Below, one piece after another: positions 1-9,515 of a stretch of 64,000 nucleotides of DNA. A model generated the notes under the pieces. The model ran no database searches. It was not told where the DNA came from and saw only the letters and a list, made by a program, of their open reading frames with translations. The DNA lies in the IMG/VR virus record IMGVR_UViG_3300042691_038651, positions 1-64,000 of that record. One strand, written 5' to 3'. Both the position numbers and the translations under genes were made by a program. The stretch is from a virus. Position 1 is the stretch's first letter, and each line of letters opens with the position of its first letter.

Positions 1-2
1 GG

Positions 3-1352
3 TTTACATTTGACTTAAAGAAAGATGCACTTGCAGTAGGAACTGACGATCCGTTCTACTACAAATACCAGTATGGTGGTGGTGCCAATTTCCGTAACTT
101 TAATGAATTCCGTCCTTGGTATCCTGGTACAGCCACGGTTGGTCCAAATGCTCTTAATTCAAACTATAGAGACAACCTTGGTGCTCTTGGTTGGAACGTT
201 AGTGATGGCTACCAAAACGTAGGTACTATCACTAGTGGAGATAGCATACAATATCCGGATGCTGGAACCGGCTATGGATATACACAACCAAAAGATGGGT
301 CTCCTTATAGTGTATGGAGCGAGACCAGCGGAATAGTTAACGCAAGTGTAACCAATTATGTTGCCCGTTATTGGAATGGAAGAATGAACGATTGGCATGC
401 CAGCCGTTGGTCGGTTTCAAATAGCGCAGCGGCATGGGGCTGGGGTAGCATTACTTCACAGGCTGTAGCAGGTGCTGGACTAAGAAATCCTGTTCATGAT
501 TATGATGCCAGAACACTTGCTCATACAGTAACACACGATCCTGCATTAGGAGCAAGAGAATGGCAAGACTGGGAACGACTTAGTCCAAACTTTACCGTTT
601 GGCCTACTCAAAATGCTTCTGGATACGGAGGCACTGGAGCATACAATAACATTTGGACACCTTGGGTTAATCAATATGCGTATAAACAATACTGGAAATG
701 GTTCTTACCAGTCATAGCTAAACCAAGTCTAGCTTTACCAGCAATGATGATGAACTTCTATGTAGAGCATCCACAAGTAATGGATGACGTAATCTATCGT
801 TCTTTTGGCGATGACGCATGGATAAGAAACTCTGGAATTCAGTGGAGAATAACACCAGTTGCAAACGGTTCTGGAGATAGAATACCACCAGATCCACTTT
901 CAGTAACTCAAACTGCAATTAACTATGGAGAAAATGTTACTTTTGCTGTGGAAGTTATGTTTGACAAACCTCTGTTTGTTAGTGGAAGAACACTTGCAAG
1001 ATGGAATTCAGGTAAATACAATATAGCAGCGTTCAATGGAAATACTAATATCGGCGGAAGAAACGCAGACGGTACTATCGATACATCAACAGGTTCCCCG
1101 ATCGATTCAACTGCTCACGTCAATACACAGAGCGAATTCTTGGGAGGTATAAACGATTTGCAGTGGGCTGCTCAGGCATCACTATTAGGTGGAACTGAGG
1201 TATATTCACCGCTCTCCGATATTACATTGCGAGGACAGTCGGTAATTAAATATCAAGAAACAAATTCGTATGAGTTGACATCTTACGGTATATCCCCTGA
1301 AGAAGGTGGAGGTGGCGGGCCTGCTGGAGGCGGCGGCGGTGAGCTTGGATAA
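3..1352 (+). CDS. C-terminal part of a large virion/tail-associated protein (5' truncated by window)
   Basis: The frame of ORF 384..1352 is open back to position 3 (FTFDLKKDAL...). It is G/N/T/W/Y-rich and ends in a Gly-rich tail. The function is inferred from composition only. Confidence 0.55.
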   Translation, partial: FTFDLKKDALAVGTDDPFYYKYQYGGGANFRNFNEFRPWYPGTATVGPNALNSNYRDNLGALGWNVSDGYQNVGTITSGDSIQYPDAGTGYGYTQPKDGSPYSVWSETSGIVNASVTNYVARYWNGRMNDWHASRWSVSNSAAAWGWGSITSQAVAGAGLRNPVHDYDARTLAHTVTHDPALGAREWQDWERLSPNFTVWPTQNASGYGGTGAYNNIWTPWVNQYAYKQYWKWFLPVIAKPSLALPAMMMNFYVEHPQVMDDVIYRSFGDDAWIRNSGIQWRITPVANGSGDRIPPDPLSVTQTAINYGENVTFAVEVMFDKPLFVSGRTLARWNSGKYNIAAFNGNTNIGGRNADGTIDTSTGSPIDSTAHVNTQSEFLGGINDLQWAAQASLLGGTEVYSPLSDITLRGQSVIKYQETNSYELTSYGISPEEGGGGGPAGGGGGELG

Positions 1353-1369
1353 CAAACAAAAACAATAGT

Positions 1370-1810
1370 ATGAAAAAAGAAACAAAAATAGTTCTACTCT
1401 CAGATCCACGAAACATCATCATACTGGTGCTACTTCTTGGAGTATTCATCTTTGCAGGAATTGTTTTCTTTGGTGGAGACTCTGCCTACAAAAAAGAGGT
1501 AAAGGCTCTACAGAAAGAGAACAAAATTCTACAGGCACAGCGTGATTCAATTGATCTGGTAATATCCGGGCTGGAAGCAGATTATGAAAAACTGCTTAAA
1601 AAAGAGGCGGCTCTACTTGCGGATATTGCAAAGAGAGACGCGGACATTGCAGCAGCAAAAGCCGCAGCAAGTCGCTCAAAGGCAGAACTGGATCGCTTAA
1701 AGAAAGATCTGGAAAAAACCAGAGAAGAGATCAAAAAGAACGAAGCAAATCCTGCAAATCGAACAGGGGATGATCTTCTAAATTCACTTAAACTCAAAAC
1801 CGGAAAATGA
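1370..1810 (+). CDS. membrane-anchored coiled-coil protein, i-spanin-like
   Basis: N-terminal TM helix (IIILVLLLGVFIFAGIVFF) followed by a long coiled coil; 4-nt overlap with the next gene. Confidence 0.5.
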   Translation: MKKETKIVLLSDPRNIIILVLLLGVFIFAGIVFFGGDSAYKKEVKALQKENKILQAQRDSIDLVISGLEADYEKLLKKEAALLADIAKRDADIAAAKAAASRSKAELDRLKKDLEKTREEIKKNEANPANRTGDDLLNSLKLKTGK

Positions 1811-2304
1811 AAAAACTCATAATACTTCTCATAATGTTTTTTGCGCTTGCCGCAAATGCACAGATTAGTTACCCTCGTTACGACCAAGACTCATTAGGAC
1901 AAAAAGTGGTAGTAATGACCGTGGAACAGGCCCAGGCATTAGACAACAGCACAGACCTACTTGCCTTGTTTAGAAAACTTGATGCTCAGCTTGTTGATTA
2001 TGATAGCGTTTGCATTAAGGTTATTGGTGATAAAGACAAAGTTATTGCTGAGCAGACTGTGCAAATAAATAAACTTAAAGAGACTCTCCAAGTAAAAAGC
2101 GATGAGATCGTAAACCTTCAAAAACGATTGGATGGAAACGAAAAGAAAATAATTAGTCTGGAGACTGAAATTGCAAATAAAAACAAGGAGATTGACCTAC
2201 ACTTAGGAGAGGTTGGAAGACTAAAGAGAAACATGTGGATTGGAGGTAGTCTTGGCGGTTTAAGTATAGTAGGTCTAATTATAGCCGTTATAGCAATCAA
2301 ATAA
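1807..2304 (+). CDS. exported coiled-coil protein with C-terminal TM, possible spanin partner
   Basis: Signal peptide MKKLIILLIMFFALAANA|Q, coiled coil, and hydrophobic C-terminus WIGGSLGGLSIVGLIIAVIAIK. Confidence 0.4.
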   Translation: MKKLIILLIMFFALAANAQISYPRYDQDSLGQKVVVMTVEQAQALDNSTDLLALFRKLDAQLVDYDSVCIKVIGDKDKVIAEQTVQINKLKETLQVKSDEIVNLQKRLDGNEKKIISLETEIANKNKEIDLHLGEVGRLKRNMWIGGSLGGLSIVGLIIAVIAIK

Positions 2305-2414
2305 TACATAGAGTGTTCATCTCGTCAACCTATGCTATTAGATAAGGTAACCATTAACAAAATAGATATAAGTCACTAGAGGTCACCTCTGTACACAAAA
2401 ACAAAAAAGATACA

Positions 2415-4628
2415 ATGCCAGGAACATCTTCATATATCCAGATAAGCAGGTATGCTCTACTTGAATATCAGTACAACAGCGAGGCTATACCAGTCTCGGC
2501 TTCTCCTGGTAGTGCGGGTGCACTTCGATTAGAAAACAAATACACTGGCACTTATCAGTTTCTTAACACAAGCCAGTCTGTCAATTTAACAGGCAACGTA
2601 CTTGACCGTAGCGCTGCAAGAATGAATCCTGTGGGTAACCGCTGGGCATATTTTGATATTGACACAGCGGTGCCAATCTATCAGATCAACTCCAACTTTG
2701 TACTTTCAGATCTTTCAAATACACTGTCTCCTTTAGCTGGAAGATATGACACTGCAAGGCTACACATACTTTCAGGATTTGACTTTCCAGGACTAGACGG
2801 TTTAATCTTACAATTGCAATGGAAACAATGGCAACTTAATGGAGCAATTGGAAATACATTATTTGATGCATGTAACCATGTTTACCTCAAAGGACAAGAA
2901 CAAATACAATTTAATGCAACCCCGCTCTTCCTGGGTGACCGCCTCTATGATCGATACATCGATGTAAAGGTACCATCTCTTTATGATGTTAACCAAGACT
3001 TTTGGAATTCACCTACAGCATCAAATACAATTGGTTACAACTACACATTTGAAAACGTAGGGTTCTTGCAAAATTCACAAATTATTGCAAACCTCTACGA
3101 GATTGACTCTACCGAGGTTGAAAATGGTAATTTGTATCTTATTGCTGGAAATTCATTTAAGACGGCATTCAATGCATCGGATAACTATTCACAGCTTGGT
3201 TTGACTATACAAGAGGATGAAGTAAATGACTACATCGAATACTATCCTACATGGAACGGAGCTTTCCTGGAAACCTATATCAATGACTTAAACTCTGTAG
3301 GCGGAGACTGGGTAGTAATCAACCAATTGGAAGTATATGAACAGGTTGGAACCTCCAGCCGACGCACGGCTAATATGACGATGTTACAGGACAGCAATTT
3401 TGACCAACCAATGGTCTTTCGTCCAGTAATTATGAACTCCGCAGTGGCCTTTTCATATACAATCGACTACACAATGAGATTCTTTAACCGCGTGGATAAC
3501 ACAGAAATTATTCGTAAGTCGGCGTACACTTCTACCAATGTAAAGAAATATGGAAGACAGCTAGAAAAAATCAATGTACTACAAGGATTTGCACCGGTAA
3601 AAGTCTACAATAAGATTGTACAAATGACATCGGATGATACAGAAATACTTAGCGGTGTTAATGTACCAAAAGAGGTCGTAACACAACTTGTAGTAACACC
3701 AGTCTTTTATGACACAAATTTAATTAGCGTTGATAGTGCAACCGACCTTAACCAAAGCTTGGGACAAACCGTTTGGCCGCAAGGAACTAACACAATTTTC
3801 CTGGGTGCTTTTGATAACATGCTCAAGTTCAAAGTCTTTACACTTTCACCGGATAAGAAAGAGAATGTTTCCTTTGATATGTCTTCATTTATTGGAAATG
3901 TTGCATTGGCTTTTGATACAACCGATGGTAACAAACTCTATATTGACTACTACAACGACATCAATTTGGCTGACCCATCTATGGGTGAAGTTGTATTTAG
4001 AGTAGACAGCGCAACTGCTGTCAAAATTTTGGCTAGTGATGACAAGGACTACTACATCATCAATAGAACCAATCCTGAAACTGTGATCTACACGGGTAAA
4101 TGGGAAAACATTACCAAGAAGACCACGACACAGCTCTTATCAGCCAATATGCAATTAGAAAATCTTCAATCAAAGATTTCTACGGCGCAATCAAAATTGG
4201 CATCTATCCAGGAAAGTATCGCTTCGGCAGGTACTATGGTAAATGGAGGAACACAGACCAACAATGTTACTGAAACCGTATCTGGAAATGCTGCTGTTTC
4301 TACAGCGAACGCGGTGTTAACGGCTGAACAGCAAGCACAGCAAATTATATCTCAAGAGGAGCAAGCAAACCTTTCACAGCAGCAAGCAGCAACACAAGCT
4401 GCTATTGAGCAGGCCGCGTCTTCAAATTCTACTAGGCCAAACATCAATTTGATTGACATACCAGGAGTAACACCTAACCTTGGTGCAAACCCGCAAATCA
4501 GTATTAGACCAAACGTGGAAAATCCGGCAGATCCAAACGTTGGCTATAACTCTATCAACAATCCCACAAAATCGGGAAATACCAGGACACCCAGAGTGAA
4601 CAATAACAAGAACTTTGACCAACAATAA
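2415..4628 (+). CDS. large hypothetical structural protein (737 aa)
   Basis: Long ORF with a beta-rich body and a Q/A/N-rich C-terminus, next to a tail-type gene. Confidence 0.5.
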   Translation: MPGTSSYIQISRYALLEYQYNSEAIPVSASPGSAGALRLENKYTGTYQFLNTSQSVNLTGNVLDRSAARMNPVGNRWAYFDIDTAVPIYQINSNFVLSDLSNTLSPLAGRYDTARLHILSGFDFPGLDGLILQLQWKQWQLNGAIGNTLFDACNHVYLKGQEQIQFNATPLFLGDRLYDRYIDVKVPSLYDVNQDFWNSPTASNTIGYNYTFENVGFLQNSQIIANLYEIDSTEVENGNLYLIAGNSFKTAFNASDNYSQLGLTIQEDEVNDYIEYYPTWNGAFLETYINDLNSVGGDWVVINQLEVYEQVGTSSRRTANMTMLQDSNFDQPMVFRPVIMNSAVAFSYTIDYTMRFFNRVDNTEIIRKSAYTSTNVKKYGRQLEKINVLQGFAPVKVYNKIVQMTSDDTEILSGVNVPKEVVTQLVVTPVFYDTNLISVDSATDLNQSLGQTVWPQGTNTIFLGAFDNMLKFKVFTLSPDKKENVSFDMSSFIGNVALAFDTTDGNKLYIDYYNDINLADPSMGEVVFRVDSATAVKILASDDKDYYIINRTNPETVIYTGKWENITKKTTTQLLSANMQLENLQSKISTAQSKLASIQESIASAGTMVNGGTQTNNVTETVSGNAAVSTANAVLTAEQQAQQIISQEEQANLSQQQAATQAAIEQAASSNSTRPNINLIDIPGVTPNLGANPQISIRPNVENPADPNVGYNSINNPTKSGNTRTPRVNNNKNFDQQ

Positions 4629-4632
4629 ATAA

Positions 4633-5178
4633 ATGATACTCAATAGTAAAAACAACAACTTTGTTGTCCGCTTTCCAAAAAACTTCTTCTATCCATCAAT
4701 AGTTCAGAAGTACACCACTTATTTGAAGAGGCTGCCTCTTCCTTATGAAAGCATTGCGGACTACATGAGTGCAAGTATTCAATCAATCACATTCCCATCC
4801 CTATCAGCCGAAACGGTAGAGCAGGTTCTCTATGAAGAACCCGTAACTGCAAAAGGCGGTAAGCGCATTGAACGCTATCTTGACCGACAGTTTACAATGA
4901 CTCTCAAATCTTATGAGGGATGGATCAATTATTGGATCTTTTTTGACCAGATGTTTGCCTATTGGGATTTGGATAACAAAGAAAAATATCTTCCTGATTT
5001 GACTCTTTCATTCCTGGATCACACAGGCTTTGAATTTGTAGCAATCAACTTTCATCAAATTACAATGACCGGCATTTCTGAGTTGGAACTCAATTATGCT
5101 TCTAACACAGCAGAATTCCGCAACTTTACAGTTAACTTTAAGTACAACTATATTGAAATTATGAAGAGACTTCAGTAA
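4633..5178 (+). CDS. tail tube-fold protein (gp3/gp19-like)
   Basis: Pattern SIQSITFPSL...FTMTLKSYEGWINYW..FD...LTLSFLD...ISELELNY...FTVNFKY is typical of T4 tube/terminator folds. Confidence 0.5.
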   Translation: MILNSKNNNFVVRFPKNFFYPSIVQKYTTYLKRLPLPYESIADYMSASIQSITFPSLSAETVEQVLYEEPVTAKGGKRIERYLDRQFTMTLKSYEGWINYWIFFDQMFAYWDLDNKEKYLPDLTLSFLDHTGFEFVAINFHQITMTGISELELNYASNTAEFRNFTVNFKYNYIEIMKRLQ

Positions 5179-5214
5179 GATATATAGTTCAAATAGCAAA
5201 TAATGCATATTGTA

Positions 5215-5541
5215 ATGAAAACATTTGAAGAAGCAAGACGAGTAAAACTCTTACAGGAAAGCGTAGATCTCTCCTACCTGAACGAATCAGAAGTTCTTGA
5301 AGCAGAAAGAATCTACAAAGAACTACAGGAAGCCATCGAAATTCATGGAATTGAAAACATCGATGAAGGCATCTTGGGTACAATCATCGGTGGTGCTGCA
5401 GGTTTCCTACTCGGACCTACCATTGGTAAAATCATTGCAAACGCTCTTGGAATTGAGCGTGGTATTCTCTACGATATGTTCACTTCAAGGCTGGTTTCAA
5501 CCGCTTTAGGTGCATCAATCGCCAAAAACATGGGAAAATGA
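5215..5541 (+). CDS. acidic pro-region plus glycine-zipper hydrophobic peptide (putative processed virion protein)
   Basis: MKTFEE... leader with several [LIV]xE sites, then GILGTIIGGAAGFLLGPTIGKIIANALG; preceded by GATATATAG. Alternative start at 5203. Confidence 0.55.
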   Translation: MKTFEEARRVKLLQESVDLSYLNESEVLEAERIYKELQEAIEIHGIENIDEGILGTIIGGAAGFLLGPTIGKIIANALGIERGILYDMFTSRLVSTALGASIAKNMGK

Positions 5542-6176
5542 TCGTAGGCGTTGACTTTAGTATAAAGTCCACTGCTGTTACTGTCATTACTAATCTGGGC
5601 AACATTTACTTCTATACGTTTGCCCGAAAATCCGTAGCAAAAGAAGACTTCTTTTTAACACTCCAAAGTAGTGGAGTGAATGTAATATCTTTGCCTGATG
5701 AGCCACCTCTTCCCAAAACGGCCAATTTAACAGACAAAGAGAGATCATCCATTCGAGATGGCATAATGCTTACCAATTCTATTGCACAAACACTAGCCGC
5801 TCACAGTTTTGCTGAGGAGGATCACGTTGCAATTGAGGGTTTCTCGTTTGCATCAACTGGTAATAGGCTTGCACAAATCAGTGGGTATCAATGGTTGCTA
5901 AGAGCAAAGCTGATGGAAACTTTGAAGATTAGTACAGATCAACTCTCCTTCTATTCTCCCATGACTATTAAGGCAACTGCTGGAAAGGGAAACTTCAAAA
6001 AGGAAGAGATGATCGAGGCATTCATAAACTCTGGTGTAGACTGCAAATTTGCAAGAAGACTAAGAGAAGCTCCTGCTGAATTTCAAAACAAAAAAGGACA
6101 ATGGCTTAAGCCACTAGATGATTTGGTAGATTCATTTTGGATTGCAAAAACTCTAGAGAAAACTCTTTCAAAATAG
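5538..6176 (+). CDS. RuvC-like Holliday junction resolvase
   Basis: MIVGVDFS, IEGFSF, TAGKGNFKKEEM and DDLVDSFWIA give the RuvC acidic motifs. Confidence 0.8.
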   Translation: MIVGVDFSIKSTAVTVITNLGNIYFYTFARKSVAKEDFFLTLQSSGVNVISLPDEPPLPKTANLTDKERSSIRDGIMLTNSIAQTLAAHSFAEEDHVAIEGFSFASTGNRLAQISGYQWLLRAKLMETLKISTDQLSFYSPMTIKATAGKGNFKKEEMIEAFINSGVDCKFARRLREAPAEFQNKKGQWLKPLDDLVDSFWIAKTLEKTLSK

Positions 6177-6194
6177 TGAATATAAAATAAGGAA

Positions 6195-6359
6195 ATGGAA
6201 TACTACTTCTACATTGCCAAGGATCCGCTAAAGGAAAAAATTGCAAAAGGACGCGCGGATTCTCTAGAAGAAGCCACAAAAATGTTTGCAATACTAAAAG
6301 GACTCGACATCGATGAATTCAGAAAACTCTACACCGTCGCTATCTGGACTCCAGCTTAA
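6195..6359 (+). CDS. small hypothetical protein (54 aa, absent from ORF track)
   Basis: MEYYFYIAKDPLKEKIAKG...VAIWTPA*, directly downstream of a promoter motif. Confidence 0.5.
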   Translation: MEYYFYIAKDPLKEKIAKGRADSLEEATKMFAILKGLDIDEFRKLYTVAIWTPA

Positions 6360-6600
6360 ATCAAATCATTTTGACACCATTAAGCTTTTCGTACAGAAGT
6401 ATGACATACTCTACAAAGATTTAGGAGCACTTGAAAATGACATTCAAAAACTTCTCAAGCGCCAAGAAGTAATTGTTGGTGACTTGGAAAAGACTCGAAT
6501 CGATGAAGAAGCGTTCTTCAAAAATTTATCAGAAGAAACTGGAAAGGACATTCAATATCTTAAAAATTTAGCATCTGCTTGGGTACTCGAAAACAAATAA
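6313..6600 (+). CDS. hypothetical coiled-coil protein
   Basis: ORF track; helical and charged. Confidence 0.55.
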   Translation: MNSENSTPSLSGLQLKSNHFDTIKLFVQKYDILYKDLGALENDIQKLLKRQEVIVGDLEKTRIDEEAFFKNLSEETGKDIQYLKNLASAWVLENK

Positions 6601-6657
6601 CCGAAAACTTTTTTTTCTCACTGAATATAAACTCCGTAAAAACAAAACAAAAACAAA

Positions 6658-6837
6658 ATGAAAAAAACAACAATCCTCGCAGCATTCGCCTTTGTAGCAT
6701 TGGCGTTCACTGCATGTTCCACCGGAACAACCGAAAACACTGAGGCTACCACCGACAGCACTGCTGTAGTAACCGACTCAACTAAATGCGCTACTGATAG
6801 CACATGCGTTGATTCCGCTACTGCACCCGTGAAGTAA
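6658..6837 (+). CDS. small lipoprotein (59 aa, absent from ORF track)
   Basis: MKKTTILAAFAFVALAFTA|CSTGTTENTEATTDSTAVVTDSTKCATDSTCVDSATAPVK: lipobox FTAC, DS(T/A) repeats, own promoter motif. Confidence 0.8.
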   Translation: MKKTTILAAFAFVALAFTACSTGTTENTEATTDSTAVVTDSTKCATDSTCVDSATAPVK

Positions 6838-6896
6838 GGCGGCTTCACACTCAAGTCCCTCAAAGCCTAAAAGCAAACTAAAAATCTCAAAGAAAA

Positions 6897-7829
6897 ATGG
6901 AAAATCTAAATGACATCTTCAACCTCTCAGTCGACGACTTCAAAGTAGAAGAAAAAAGAACAACTAACATCTTCAAACCTGATGCAAATGCAGGTCGCGA
7001 CGGCGTCTACAAAGCTGTAGTACGTTTCCTTCCTTGGCACAAGGATCCCAAAAAATCTATCATGAAAAAGTGGTCTTGCTGGTTAGTAAACCCAGCAAAC
7101 GACGAGGCTAAAATGGTAGACTGCCCTTCAACCGTTGGTAAGAAATCTGTTCTCCAGGATATGTTCTGGAAGTTCAAGAAATCTGACTCTGTTGCCGAGC
7201 AGAAATTAGCCGAAAACTTCTCACGTCGTCAACGTTTTGCATCATTGGTGCAGATCATTAAGGACGACAATGCTCCTGAGAACGTAGGTAAAATCATGGT
7301 ATGGCCTTACGGCGTAAAGATCTTCAATAAGCTACAAGCTGAAATGAAGCCTGAGTTCGGAAAGCCACACATTCCGTTTGACCTGTTCGAAGGAAAACCT
7401 TTCCTTGTACACATTACCAAGGTTGCAGGTTACAACAACTACGACAACTGTCGTTTCCTCGACGAACGCGTTCCGGTAAACATCAATGGTTCCGAAATGC
7501 AAAAGACGCAAGAGGACATGGGGAAAATCAAATCTTTCCTTGAGGAATCACCTGACTTGAGTTCTTACGACTACCAAGATTGGGACAGCGCAACCGAAGA
7601 CTTCGTAAATGAGGTTATTCGTAACACTGTACCTGGTGGCCGTATCGTAGCCAGCGTTGAAAAGACCAACCGTGAAACTGTAGCGCCGGCTGCAAAGCCA
7701 ACTGCTTCAGCTCCAGTAGAAAAATCTGAACCACTTCCAAGTATCAACAAGGGCGGCGGTCTAGATGATTTGAATCTGGATGACTTCGACGGAAAATCTT
7801 TCGACGATGAACTATTTGATAGCCTCTAA
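6897..7829 (+). CDS. single-stranded DNA-binding protein (T4 gp32-like)
   Basis: AVVRFLP, CPST.G, IIKD..APENVGK, VAGYNNYD..F, and acidic tail DDELFDSL. Confidence 0.9.
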   Translation: MENLNDIFNLSVDDFKVEEKRTTNIFKPDANAGRDGVYKAVVRFLPWHKDPKKSIMKKWSCWLVNPANDEAKMVDCPSTVGKKSVLQDMFWKFKKSDSVAEQKLAENFSRRQRFASLVQIIKDDNAPENVGKIMVWPYGVKIFNKLQAEMKPEFGKPHIPFDLFEGKPFLVHITKVAGYNNYDNCRFLDERVPVNINGSEMQKTQEDMGKIKSFLEESPDLSSYDYQDWDSATEDFVNEVIRNTVPGGRIVASVEKTNRETVAPAAKPTASAPVEKSEPLPSINKGGGLDDLNLDDFDGKSFDDELFDSL

Positions 7830-7842
7830 TCAAACCCAACCT

Positions 7843-8925
7843 ATGAAGGAGAATGAGTCTAACTCATTCTCCTTTTCTTTTAATTCGCGCGAGATTAACC
7901 CAGCGGAGCTCAACGCAAAAATCTACAAACTTTTACAAGAGATACTGGACTCTCGTTTTTCCGAATTTGAGAAAAGGAGAATCGCGGAAAAAGCCGGTAG
8001 GCTTAATTTTGCATGTCCATACTGTGGGGATTCCTACAGCGAGCTTCACAAGAAGCGTGGCAACATCTATCTGGAAAACTACGGATATCACTGCTACAAC
8101 TGTGGTAAACACACTACAGTTCGTGGCATATTTCGTGATTTCTCCAAGCAGCTGGACTCTGATGAGATCGTCTACATACAGACTCAACAAACTGACCACG
8201 TCCCTTCCACAAAAACCATCGATCCATTTGTCTTCCTGGACAAAGGCCTAATTGAGAAAGTTTCACTTAGCCGAAAGTCTTTGGATGAATTTTATGAAGC
8301 GGTACCGGTCGACCATGCACGAATCTTTAGTTATCTAAAGAAGCGTTTGCAGCCGGAGTTTACCAAGTTTTCTTGGAATGCGGAAAAGGAAAAGCTTTTC
8401 ATCTATCACATGGTGCCTGGCACTGACCGTGCACTTGGGTTTCAGGTAAGAAACTTTAAGGCTTCTCCAAAGTATATGACATGGAAGCTGACACGGATCT
8501 ATGAAGATTTAGGCATCCAACCCACTGAAGAGGTAATTGAGATTGACAAAATCTCTACAACCTTTGGTATTCTACAACTGGATTTCAAGCAACCAATCAC
8601 GGTATTTGAAGGCCCACTGGATAGTTTTCTCTTCAAAAATTCTGTTGCTACATGTTCTTCCAAGATGGACTTTCCGTTAGAAATGGGAAACATTCGCTAT
8701 ATGTATGATTATGATATTGCAGGCCGAGACGCTGCAATGGAAAAGCTACAAAATGGTTATCCAGTCTTTCTGTGGAAAAAATACCTGGAAGATGCTGGAA
8801 TACCATACAGCAATAAAAAAATTGACTTAACCGACCTACTAGTCTATGCAAAACGAAAAGGAATACAATTGCCAAGATTCGGAGAATACTTCTCAAAAGA
8901 CAGATTCGACGCATACTGGCTCTGA
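7843..8925 (+). CDS. DNA primase (T4 gp61-like)
   Basis: Zn finger CPYCGDS...CYNCG, TOPRIM FEGPLDS and YDYD. Confidence 0.9.
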   Translation: MKENESNSFSFSFNSREINPAELNAKIYKLLQEILDSRFSEFEKRRIAEKAGRLNFACPYCGDSYSELHKKRGNIYLENYGYHCYNCGKHTTVRGIFRDFSKQLDSDEIVYIQTQQTDHVPSTKTIDPFVFLDKGLIEKVSLSRKSLDEFYEAVPVDHARIFSYLKKRLQPEFTKFSWNAEKEKLFIYHMVPGTDRALGFQVRNFKASPKYMTWKLTRIYEDLGIQPTEEVIEIDKISTTFGILQLDFKQPITVFEGPLDSFLFKNSVATCSSKMDFPLEMGNIRYMYDYDIAGRDAAMEKLQNGYPVFLWKKYLEDAGIPYSNKKIDLTDLLVYAKRKGIQLPRFGEYFSKDRFDAYWL

Positions 8926-9094
8926 CCAAATTTGGCTGGAAGCACCGGAAAAGCTGAAAGGCTTGGCCAGTTTTCAAACAGATTTGCAAGAAATAAATAT
9001 ACTAACCGACTTCACGGCGACACCGCCAAAAAAGAAGTCAAATAAAATAGAAGTGCATGTCAGAAGAAAAGACACCAATGGAAGCCTCTTCTAA
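8846..9094 (+). CDS. hypothetical protein
   Basis: Fills the gap between primase and UvsY; start uncertain. Confidence 0.35.
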   Translation: MQNEKEYNCQDSENTSQKTDSTHTGSDQIWLEAPEKLKGLASFQTDLQEINILTDFTATPPKKKSNKIEVHVRRKDTNGSLF

Positions 9095-9515
9095 AAATGA
9101 AGGCCTACACACTCGGTTTCATGCCGAGCGGGACGAATGGACTCTTAAAGTTCAGTCTCTAACAGAGCGCCTAAAGAGTATTTATGATTGTGCTGAGCTG
9201 CTCACTGACCTCTATAGCCAGCGACAAATTGCAGGCGACTACATTCATGAACTGGTGGCTCATTCTTCCAAGCTGAACCGCGTTTACCGGGAACGGAAGC
9301 GAGAACGCTACTTGCACTATACGCAAAATTACGATCTAAGGCTTGACAAAGATCCAAAGATGTTGTTTATTGACGTTGATTTAGCCGACCTGGTTGAACG
9401 CCGAGAAATACTGCAAAATCATTTGGACTTTATGCGTGAAACTCTTCGCAGTATTGATACAATCTGTTATGGAGTTAAACACAGGATAGCCTTGGAGGAA
9501 TACCGAAGAGGATGA
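9057..9515 (+). CDS. uvsY: recombination mediator UvsY-like
   Basis: Helical; C-terminus LDFMRETLRSID...YGVKHRIALEEYRRG resembles UvsY; lies upstream of UvsW. Confidence 0.65.
   Translation: MSEEKTPMEASSKNEGLHTRFHAERDEWTLKVQSLTERLKSIYDCAELLTDLYSQRQIAGDYIHELVAHSSKLNRVYRERKRERYLHYTQNYDLRLDKDPKMLFIDVDLADLVERREILQNHLDFMRETLRSIDTICYGVKHRIALEEYRRG

Noticed and set aside
2305-2414. tRNA or structured ncRNA in the longer intergenic gaps (also 33033..33331)
   Set aside because: No cloverleaf, T-loop consensus or convincing long stem was seen by eye; tRNAscan-SE or Infernal would be needed to exclude it.
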